A stretch of 64,000 nucleotides of DNA from IMG/VR virus record IMGVR_UViG_3300025648_000013; one strand, written 5' to 3'. Origin of the DNA: a virus. Numbering within the stretch: the first letter of the stretch is position 1; each line of letters begins with the position of its first letter. Position numbers and translations under genes: made by a program. Below the pieces are notes generated by a model. The model ran no database searches and had not been told where the DNA came from. It was given only the letters and a program-made list of their open reading frames with translations. Shown here piece after piece: positions 56,201 through 64,000 of this stretch.

Positions 56201-56802
56201 TATCTTGAACCTCTATTGATAATCTGCTTAGAATCTTTCCAGACTTGATCTTTGCTTGCTTTCGCGAAGTTCTCAACAGGTAGAAACAATGCGATGTCCC
56301 ATTCTGCTGGAACAATATAGATAAACTTCGATCTTAGATGACCTGTTAGATACTGCTTGATGCAAGGCTTGATGTACTTATTCGTAGCCGCAGCATTCAA
56401 TATGTTATAACTGATATTCAACTTAGCGTTATCACTCAGATTTGCATCATTAACATACGGATAGAGCATGTCCATCAACTTCGCTCTCAGAACTGGTGGT
56501 AGATAGTGTAGATTGATGCCGATGAAGCCGTCTGGAGTCTTCTTCAGAGGGAAAATCAATGGGAACATATCGTAGTAGGGCAAAGTCTTTTTGTACTTTG
56601 GATCGTATTGGAACATGTACATACGACCAACCTGAATCTGATTGGTGATTGCAGTCTTGTTCGCTAGTAGTCGCGTCTCGGTAATACTGGAAAGCTTCTT
56701 GGCGGTGTTTCGAAACCAGTTACGTGCCTCTGTTGTTCGCCCAGGAACTTGCCCCTGTCGAATGCCTTGTGCTAATGTCTGATCGAATAAACCTATTGCG
56801 AT
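56200..56802 (-). CDS. 2: DNA end protector (T4 gp2); start codon uncertain (ATC 56802 or ATG 56862)
   Basis: YDPKYK.TLPYYD.FPL, GINLHYLPP..RA, PCIK.YL..H, W..ALFLP. Confidence 0.88.
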   Translation of the reverse strand: MAIGLFDQTLAQGIRQGQVPGRTTEARNWFRNTAKKLSSITETRLLANKTAITNQIQVGRMYMFQYDPKYKKTLPYYDMFPLIFPLKKTPDGFIGINLHYLPPVLRAKLMDMLYPYVNDANLSDNAKLNISYNILNAAATNKYIKPCIKQYLTGHLRSKFIYIVPAEWDIALFLPVENFAKASKDQVWKDSKQIINRGSR

Positions 56803-56827
56803 GTCGAATATCCTAAAACTATAAATA

Positions 56828-56892
56828 ATAATGTAGATCGCGGTGCCCGCCAAGAAACCCATCTACTCTAACGCTTACAAGGAGCATCAGCT
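56828..56892 (+). promoter_or_regulatory. Structured endonuclease leader, copy 2
   Basis: GTAGAT-CGC-GGT..ACC-C-ATCTAC, GCT..AAGG-AGC, ATCAGC. Confidence 0.6.
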
Positions 56893-57831
56893 ATGTCTAT
56901 TTATACATCTGATATGGAATGTCGAATATGTTTTCGAGATTTCAAGTCTACTTTATCTCTAGCTAGACACATATCACAAAAACACAATATACCATCAGAG
57001 ACATATTATCTTACTTACATCGGCGACAACAAATGTGCGCTCTGTTCGTCTGCTACCAAGTTCAAACGACTAGGAGTTGGATTTTCATCCACATGTGGAC
57101 ACAAATGCGGCGCAAAGTTTTTTAGAGAAAATCTAAAAAATGATGATATACGCTATGATAAGTTTATCGATAAAGTCAAAACAAATCAAACTAAAATATG
57201 GAAAGAACGTTATGCGGACGGCAGTATTGTCGAACTAAAAGAAAAGATGAGAGAAAGCAATACTGCCTCTCATCTTTCTCCGCAAGAACGAAAAGAGCAA
57301 TACAGTAGATACTACACCTGTGATGAAGAAACTATCGCTAGACTAAATAAAACAGGCGCAGAACAATGTATTAATAATATAACAACAGGAAAAGCTGGAT
57401 ACGTATCCATGTCAAAAGGTAAGTTCACTCCCAAAAATCCAAGTAAGTATATGGGAGATCCCACAAACATAATATACAGAAGTTCTTGGGAACTACACTT
57501 CTTTATGTATTGTGACAAGCATCCAGAGATATCAGGATGGGCATCAGAAGAAATGACAATACCTTATGTCTCTCCTATAGACGGTAGATATCACCGATAC
57601 TTTCCAGACGTACTAATAAAGAAAAAAGACGGCAAAGTCATATTGGTTGAAATCAAACCATATACGCAAACACAGGAACCAAAAAGACCTAAAACACAAA
57701 CAAAGCGATACATTGAAGAAGTAAAGACGTATGTTGTTAACCAAGCCAAATGGAAAGCAGCGAAAGAACACGCGGATGACAAAGGATGGGAGTTTGTTGT
57801 GATGACGGAAAGAGAACTTTACTCAAAATAG
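56893..57831 (+). CDS. 4: C2H2 zinc-finger / endonuclease-type N-terminal region fused to head completion nuclease (T4 gp4, from ~57409)
   Basis: CRIC...HISQKH, CALC, CGHKC; then KGKF.PKNP.KY.GD...IYRSSWE...W.SEE..IPY...HRYFPD...EIKP...NQAKW. Confidence 0.85.
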   Translation: MSIYTSDMECRICFRDFKSTLSLARHISQKHNIPSETYYLTYIGDNKCALCSSATKFKRLGVGFSSTCGHKCGAKFFRENLKNDDIRYDKFIDKVKTNQTKIWKERYADGSIVELKEKMRESNTASHLSPQERKEQYSRYYTCDEETIARLNKTGAEQCINNITTGKAGYVSMSKGKFTPKNPSKYMGDPTNIIYRSSWELHFFMYCDKHPEISGWASEEMTIPYVSPIDGRYHRYFPDVLIKKKDGKVILVEIKPYTQTQEPKRPKTQTKRYIEEVKTYVVNQAKWKAAKEHADDKGWEFVVMTERELYSK

Positions 57832-57898
57832 AGAAGATGAACTTGCCTTTCATTTTTTCTCTATAAATAGTTTGTGCATCGTATTTATAGGGAACGAA

Positions 57899-59227
57899 AT
57901 GGCCGATACATCAAACTATCAATCATTTGCAAACATTACGGCAGTTCCACAAGGTCTTGTTCCAAGTGCAGGCAATGGCATCAGCCCAGGCGGTGTTCCT
58001 AGTACAACTCAGTATTCGATGGCGGCTGCTGGTGTTGTTATGAATAGTGTCAGCAATATATCTTCTCCTATTTCAGATGCGGCTTTATCTGGAAGTGCTA
58101 CATTCAACCCATCTACAAACCCATTAGATACGGGCGACAATAGCAACTCTAATCCTGCACAAAAAACAGCAACTACACAACAAGCTACTTCTGGTGCTTA
58201 TGCGATTTCTTATCCTGGAGATTTGCCAAAATATTATATGACACTTGGCGTCTATGATTATGTTCGACAAAAACCTTTAGAATCTACATTGGTAACTCCA
58301 AAGTACACTATTGCTTTGCCTCTTCCTGATGGTGAAGGACTAACAGACAATACAAGTACACAGTGGAATGATAGTTCTTTGGGTCATTGGGGTAATGCTC
58401 TAGAAAACTCAAACGCAATACAAAGTGTTTTAAGGAACTTTCTTGGCAACAAAAACGCTTCTGCGCCAGATAATGACTCAGCAAAAACCATGATATCCGA
58501 TTTAGGAGGTGATGCTCTATTATACATCGCAGATAGTTTTGCTAAAAATGCTTCTGCTGAAATGGCTGGCACAATAGAATCTGCAACTGGTTTGGCACCA
58601 AACCCAGCACTTGCTATGACGTTCAAGCAAGTTGATTTCAGAAAGTTTCAGTTTTCTTGGCTACTGTCTGCTAGAAATAATGCAGAAACAGATATTATCA
58701 AAAATATTGTTGTTGCCCTAAAACAAGCACAGTTGCCAAACTTTACTAAAGGGTCAAGTCTGATCTTTCAGTATCCAAATATCGTTCAGCCTGCCTTTTT
58801 TCCTAAAAATGCACAGAACTATATGACAGACTTCAAGCCTTGTGTTATCACTGCGGTTAATGTTAGATATTCGCCTGCCTCCAAATCACCTTCATTTTAT
58901 AGCACTACAGGAGCACCTGTGTTTGTGGAGTTGTCTATCGCATTAGAAGAAATGCAGATCAGATTGCCAGGCGATTACCAGCTGGTAAACCAGTCTAACA
59001 CAAGTCCAGTAACAGCTAAAGCAAGTCAAGGTGCGCAGACAGGGCTTGAAATACTAGGCATATCAGCAAGAGGCATTACGCCACCAACATCGGGCAATAA
59101 AAACACAAAACCAACAGATCCTGGTGCATCTGACGCGCAACAGCCAGGAATGACTTCTGCACATCAAGCGGCAGAGGCTGCCCGCGCCAAAGGACAGAGT
59201 GGTTATGAACCTGTACATGGTGGTTAA
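57899..59227 (+). CDS. Baseplate tail tube cap (gp48-like)
   Basis: IALPLP, NP....F..V.FRKFQFSW....RN.AE, YP, FKPCVIT.VNV.Y. Confidence 0.75.
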   Translation: MADTSNYQSFANITAVPQGLVPSAGNGISPGGVPSTTQYSMAAAGVVMNSVSNISSPISDAALSGSATFNPSTNPLDTGDNSNSNPAQKTATTQQATSGAYAISYPGDLPKYYMTLGVYDYVRQKPLESTLVTPKYTIALPLPDGEGLTDNTSTQWNDSSLGHWGNALENSNAIQSVLRNFLGNKNASAPDNDSAKTMISDLGGDALLYIADSFAKNASAEMAGTIESATGLAPNPALAMTFKQVDFRKFQFSWLLSARNNAETDIIKNIVVALKQAQLPNFTKGSSLIFQYPNIVQPAFFPKNAQNYMTDFKPCVITAVNVRYSPASKSPSFYSTTGAPVFVELSIALEEMQIRLPGDYQLVNQSNTSPVTAKASQGAQTGLEILGISARGITPPTSGNKNTKPTDPGASDAQQPGMTSAHQAAEAARAKGQSGYEPVHGG

Positions 59228-59285
59228 ATGACAAAAATGAAAACGATTAATAAAATAACAAGCAAACGCATTTTAAGAGCCAAAC

Positions 59286-60233
59286 ATGACACAATACTTT
59301 AAGAAGTTTCCCGTAATCAACTACAATGGTAGCCCAGCTATCAACTTGATGTCGCGTGTCAACATGTCCAAGCTAGCCTTAGACAACCTACAGTCATATT
59401 ATGATTATACCATTCCAGACAACACAAGACCAGACAATCTATCTTATGATTACTATGGCGATCCAGATTATGTATGGCTAATCTCTTTAGCAAATCAGAT
59501 CACAGATCCATATTATGACTTTCCTCTCACTGATACAAACTTAAATCAGTTTATCATTCAAAAATATGGTTCGGTCAGCTTCGCGCAAAGTTACATTCAA
59601 TACTTCCAGACAAACTGGGCAACAGATAGTTCTATCATATCACCCACAGAGTTTAACTTGTTGTCGACAAGTTTTCAGAAATACTGGTCACCAAACTTAG
59701 ATTATAACAACAACATCTACGAGTATGTGCGCAAACAAGAAGATTGGATTGTATCAACAAACATGATCCAACAGCTTCAGGTTTCTTATTCAAATGAAAT
59801 AACCACAGAAGGTGGATTGGTCATTGACACAGAGAGTGGATATGACATGACAGGACCAGAAGGCGTTAACACTATTTCATTCAACGTGGGTGAGACTGTT
59901 CAGCAGAATGGTTACACAATAGGTACCGTTGTATATGCCAATACTTCAGAGATGACAATCCAACACATCTCTGGTCAAGTAGTGGGCAACACTTCTATCT
60001 ATGGTGCAACAACTGGACCAATCACAGGGTTCTACTCAAACGCATCTGCAACTGTTTCTTCAGTTACAACAGTTGCAACAAATATTCCAACAAATGAATG
60101 GTATTATTGGACACCAGTAACCGCATATGATGTTGAGACTTCGAAGAACACATCAAACAAGAGCATCAATCTTCTAGACAATAGATATGCAATCCAAGCA
60201 ACACAACAACTTAAAGACCTATTGCTGACATAA
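59286..60233 (+). CDS. 53: Baseplate wedge protein (gp53-like)
   Basis: YFKKFP.I.Y, RPDNLSY.YYGD....WLI..AN.I.DPYYD.P. Confidence 0.85.
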   Translation: MTQYFKKFPVINYNGSPAINLMSRVNMSKLALDNLQSYYDYTIPDNTRPDNLSYDYYGDPDYVWLISLANQITDPYYDFPLTDTNLNQFIIQKYGSVSFAQSYIQYFQTNWATDSSIISPTEFNLLSTSFQKYWSPNLDYNNNIYEYVRKQEDWIVSTNMIQQLQVSYSNEITTEGGLVIDTESGYDMTGPEGVNTISFNVGETVQQNGYTIGTVVYANTSEMTIQHISGQVVGNTSIYGATTGPITGFYSNASATVSSVTTVATNIPTNEWYYWTPVTAYDVETSKNTSNKSINLLDNRYAIQATQQLKDLLLT

Positions 60234-61489
60234 TGACACAACAATATACAAAACCAGATTCGGTACAAATCAATAAAGTCATGCTCTCATCGGTGAGTGG
60301 GAGCAAGCAGTCTATTGATATTACACAGTATGTTGTTTCTATTGACATCTATGAAGATATGATGTTTCCATGTATGCGCGCTGATATTCTATTCATCGAT
60401 TCGGTGGACATCATTACATCTTATCCGATCATTGGTGAAGAACTCATTGAAGTATCATTTCAAAACCCTGGAGTTGATACAATATTCGACCACACCTTTC
60501 AAGTTGTAAGACAAGGTGGTCATATGTTCAATCAGACAGGTACTTCAAGAACGTATGCTGTTCATTGTATTAGCCCAGAGTTTGTCACAAACACTTCACA
60601 ATATATTAGTGAAAAGCAAACGGGCACGATTGATTCTATTATCGATAATATTCTGAAGAAACATCTGAATACCAAAAAGAAGTTCACCACAGAGCCTACT
60701 AAGGGTTCTCAGACAAATCTAATCAGCCGACTAAGGCCATTCCAAGCGATTGACTTTCACAGAAAGCGTGCAGTCTCACAGCAGTACGCTTCGTCTTCAT
60801 ATTGTTTTTTTGAAAATCAAGATGGGTTCAATCTACTGTCCATGGAATATTGCTTAGATCGTGGTCAAAACAACATTAGAGCATCGTTCATCTATGACAA
60901 GACACAGACCACAGATTCGTTAAAGAACAACTATCGCAGTCTTCTGGATATTCAGCAAGTGACATTGGTAGACAATACCAAGAAGCACACTCAAGGTTCA
61001 TTGAATAACACAGTTCGCAGGTTTGATTTACTTACAGGTAAAGTGCAGACAACAAACTATGTAAATATTCAGCAACAAAACAAGTTCAAATTTGCTTCCA
61101 AAAAGCCTATTGCATTGAACACTTCTACATATGAACAGAAGTATGGTAACACGGCTGCGACCACATTACTTGTACCACATAGCAGTGAATATGCAGAAAA
61201 CTATATTGATACATCAATAGGTCCAAAGCATTCATTTGTTACCAAAATGGGGCAGAATATATATCAGATGTATATCAATGGTGATGTGACAATCAGAGCA
61301 GGTGATGTTATTACGGTGAATGTGCCAAATACAACTGGCGATACTTCACCAACATCAGACAATAGATTATATGCAGGCAACTATCTTGTAAAGAGCCTTA
61401 GACATATTATTTTGAATACACCATTATCTGGCCAATCGTATACCATGTCAATGGAACTTGTGAAGGGGTTTTACGAAGATTATGCATAA
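60233..61489 (+). CDS. Baseplate hub / tail protein (gp27-like position)
   Basis: IDIYED...P, P.IGEE, PF.AI, FFEN..GF, GD.....GD.I, GNYLV..LRH. Confidence 0.7.
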   Translation: MTQQYTKPDSVQINKVMLSSVSGSKQSIDITQYVVSIDIYEDMMFPCMRADILFIDSVDIITSYPIIGEELIEVSFQNPGVDTIFDHTFQVVRQGGHMFNQTGTSRTYAVHCISPEFVTNTSQYISEKQTGTIDSIIDNILKKHLNTKKKFTTEPTKGSQTNLISRLRPFQAIDFHRKRAVSQQYASSSYCFFENQDGFNLLSMEYCLDRGQNNIRASFIYDKTQTTDSLKNNYRSLLDIQQVTLVDNTKKHTQGSLNNTVRRFDLLTGKVQTTNYVNIQQQNKFKFASKKPIALNTSTYEQKYGNTAATTLLVPHSSEYAENYIDTSIGPKHSFVTKMGQNIYQMYINGDVTIRAGDVITVNVPNTTGDTSPTSDNRLYAGNYLVKSLRHIILNTPLSGQSYTMSMELVKGFYEDYA

Positions 61490-62322
61490 TGACCACAACT
61501 AGAATGGGCGAGAATGGAATGCGTTGGTGGCATGGCGTCGTTGAAGATATCAACGATCCAAAGCAACTTGGGCGCGTTCGTGTTCGTATTACCAATGAGC
61601 ATGATGATCCCAAGATCAAAACAGCAGACTTGCTTTGGGCTACTCCTATTCAGTCTCCCACTTCAGCCGCGAATGCTGGTGTCGGTCAAGCACCTGTTGG
61701 TATGGTCAATGGTACACACGTATTTGGTTTTCATTTAGACGGCAATGAAAAGCAGCTTCCGATGATCTGGGGCACATATGCTAAACTACCAGACGGCACA
61801 CAAGCGACAAATGACGTGCCTGGTCTTGCTCGTGGTATCAACACACTTAACATACATAAGTTTGGCACAGAACCAGGCTCAGCATATGCAGCAAAGTATC
61901 CGTACAATCAAGTGACAGTCACACGATCTGGTCATGTTATAGAATATGACGATACTCCTGGTCACGAAAGAATCCGCGTATTTCATAAATCAGGCACATA
62001 CACTGAAATAAATAGTGCAGGACAAAGTGTTTCCAAGATTGTTGATGATGGATGGGAAATCATAGTCAAGAATAAACATGTTTTTGTTGGAGGCGACACT
62101 ACAGTTATTGTAACTGGAAACTGCAACATGATTGCTAATAGTATTACAATGACATCTGCAACAGACATTTCAATGTATGCTCCAGGTGGATTGCATGTTC
62201 TAGGTTCTGGTATAACTACAAGCGGCGCCATTGTTTCTGATTTATACCCATCAGGAACATTCACAACACCGACAGGCGATAACGTATATTTTGATAGTGG
62301 TATTATTACAGGAATAGATTAA
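61489..62322 (+). CDS. 5: Baseplate central spike (gp5-like; OB fold and beta-helix, no lysozyme domain)
   Basis: WW.GVVEDINDP..LGRVRVR, L.WA, V.GF.LDG...Q.P, YPYN.V..TRSGH..EYDDTPG.ERI...H.SGT..E. Confidence 0.88.
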   Translation: MTTTRMGENGMRWWHGVVEDINDPKQLGRVRVRITNEHDDPKIKTADLLWATPIQSPTSAANAGVGQAPVGMVNGTHVFGFHLDGNEKQLPMIWGTYAKLPDGTQATNDVPGLARGINTLNIHKFGTEPGSAYAAKYPYNQVTVTRSGHVIEYDDTPGHERIRVFHKSGTYTEINSAGQSVSKIVDDGWEIIVKNKHVFVGGDTTVIVTGNCNMIANSITMTSATDISMYAPGGLHVLGSGITTSGAIVSDLYPSGTFTTPTGDNVYFDSGIITGID

Positions 62323-62324
62323 TC

Positions 62325-63785
62325 ATGGCATCAACTCCACCAGTAACTACATCAAATCTTACGGATTCGATAACAGCACTAAATGCTGCTGCTCCTTTGG
62401 CTATTAATATTCCTCCATTTAGTCAAAGCGAAATTGACTTGATTAATGCATCTGTGAAGACTTCTTTACAGATTGCCAAGATCAATAGTGACATTCAAGA
62501 CATCGATGTTAATATTGAACATATCAACAAACTCACTGCACAGATTCAATATACAACGAATTGTGATAACTTACAGAAGATTGTAAAGCGTAATCTGGCA
62601 GGCATTGAATCAAAAGCTAAAAAAGCAATACAACATGAACTGGATCTTGTAAAGCAATATCTTCCCATTTCTAGTTTACCTTCACCTAATCCTGTATCTA
62701 TTGTTAACTGGTTGGGAAAATTGATATTTGGTACAATATCACCACAACTTGAAGCACAGATCAAGTATACACTTGCTATTGGCAAACTTGGATTTGCAGT
62801 AGAGAAACTAGTAGTTGCCGTTGAGGCGGCAGCGCCTAGACTTGAAGCATGTGCTATTCAGACTTTACAGCAACTACAGAACGAGATTCTAAATCTAGAA
62901 AATCAAGCAATATCTGCCGCAACTAAACCAATCAATACAGTTATAAATAACATTGATACGGCGGTATCTCAGTTGCAAAATGCTGCTATTAGCACAGTTA
63001 CAGGTGCTTTAGGCAATAATAATATTGTGACAAATACACTTGTCAGTCAAATCAATGCAGTATCAAAAGCAGTTGATATTACAACAGGTACTGCTGCATT
63101 AAGTGTTGTTAATGGCATACAATCAACAGTTTCATCTGCCGCTGCTCCTGCTCTACAAAGAGTAAGCCAGATGCAACAACAAGTCACAACATTATTAGGA
63201 TCATCTGGCTCAAATGGATATCCTATATACGACACTTCAAACACTGCGAACTTCTTAACTAGCGCGATTGCTATTGGAAACACACACGCAGAGTTTTTGC
63301 AAAATTACGTATCAAACGTGACAATAACATCTTCTCCATTTACTGGCACCGTGACTTCTGGCAATAATCAGATTATACACTATGATGTAAACACGGCCGT
63401 ATCAATCGGTCAAGTGTTGGTTGCAGCCGATGGATCTATTCCAGCAAATACAACAGCAGTGTCTATAAGTAATACGCCTGGTTCATTCTCTGCAACTATC
63501 AGTACATCACAGTCCTCTGTCTTAACGATGTCGCCTATAGATAGTAATGTTGTGATTGGTTTGGCATTGACATCAACTGATCCCGCATTTGCTAATGGTT
63601 GTACAGTTACGAACGTATATAACAATCTAGTTACTGTTTCTGCTCCTTATTTAGGAACAACACCAAACACGATTACTTTAAACTATATTGTAAATGCTAT
63701 TATTATGTCTAATAATGCTACATCATCAAATACAAGTGCAAGTATTACATTCAATCAAATACCAATTCCCGTAGCAGGAACATAA
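62325..63785 (+). CDS. Hypothetical baseplate-region protein (helical N-half, beta-rich C-half)
   Basis: Long ORF between gp5 and gp25. Confidence 0.65.
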   Translation: MASTPPVTTSNLTDSITALNAAAPLAINIPPFSQSEIDLINASVKTSLQIAKINSDIQDIDVNIEHINKLTAQIQYTTNCDNLQKIVKRNLAGIESKAKKAIQHELDLVKQYLPISSLPSPNPVSIVNWLGKLIFGTISPQLEAQIKYTLAIGKLGFAVEKLVVAVEAAAPRLEACAIQTLQQLQNEILNLENQAISAATKPINTVINNIDTAVSQLQNAAISTVTGALGNNNIVTNTLVSQINAVSKAVDITTGTAALSVVNGIQSTVSSAAAPALQRVSQMQQQVTTLLGSSGSNGYPIYDTSNTANFLTSAIAIGNTHAEFLQNYVSNVTITSSPFTGTVTSGNNQIIHYDVNTAVSIGQVLVAADGSIPANTTAVSISNTPGSFSATISTSQSSVLTMSPIDSNVVIGLALTSTDPAFANGCTVTNVYNNLVTVSAPYLGTTPNTITLNYIVNAIIMSNNATSSNTSASITFNQIPIPVAGT

Positions 63786-63786
63786 T

Positions 63787-64000
63787 ATGGCACAGTCATC
63801 GTTTAACCAAGACAAGTTCACACCGACTACCAAGCAATCACTTCTCTTTAGTGACATGTTTGATAGCTTTCTGGTACATCCAGAGTTGCACGATCTTGTG
63901 TTAAGAAAAAACGAAGACTCTGTAAAACAATCTGTGATGAACATCATCTTGACTAACAAATATGAAAGACCGTTCAATCAACACTTTGGTTCGAACATTC
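63787..64000 (+). CDS. 25: Baseplate wedge subunit (T4 gp25), partial at the window end
   Basis: FSD...F..HP...D.....NEDSVKQSV.NII.T..YERPF...FGSNI. Confidence 0.85.
   Translation, partial: MAQSSFNQDKFTPTTKQSLLFSDMFDSFLVHPELHDLVLRKNEDSVKQSVMNIILTNKYERPFNQHFGSNI

Overview
About 63 kb (1113-64000, AT-rich) of a large T4-like myophage, preceded by about 1.1 kb of GC-rich alphaproteobacterial DNA. That host DNA is four unrelated fragments (leuS-lptE, a DUF4160 start, SulP-phaR) joined mid-gene, so the left end is probably chimeric. It still points to a sphingomonad-like host, as do the two-piece tmRNA, an outer-membrane beta-barrel gene and GANTC-containing promoters. Phage core genes: rnh, phoH, exonuclease, gp61, thyX, nrdA/nrdB, glutaredoxin, gp33, gp32, gp2/4/26/48/51/53/5/25, spanins, tail and structural genes. 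Auxiliary genes: SOD, Dps, SpeD, a glycosyltransferase, an ADP-ribosyltransferase, a methyltransferase, a GNAT and an ATE/Bpt-like transferase, plus tRNA-Ser and a permuted tmRNA. Best candidate for an undescribed system: nrdB encodes APQQTQITSY where class Ia R2 proteins have APQE-x-E-x-x-SY. The gene directly downstream fuses a Cys-His-Asp transglutaminase/deamidase-like domain to a GIY-YIG homing endonuclease and ends in the ancestral (Glu-containing) NrdB tail. This suggests a selfish element that recodes an essential Glu to Gln and repairs it post-translationally; this is inference and untested. Other highlights: early promoters with a fixed-position inverted pair of GANTC (CcrM/GcrA-type) sites; nrdA fractured by a split intein plus endonuclease; repeated 3'-end-replacement insertions; a covarying structured leader ahead of two endonuclease-type genes; and a multibranched RNA upstream of the cell-wall hydrolase. 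All family assignments come from motif recognition by eye; no database searches were run.
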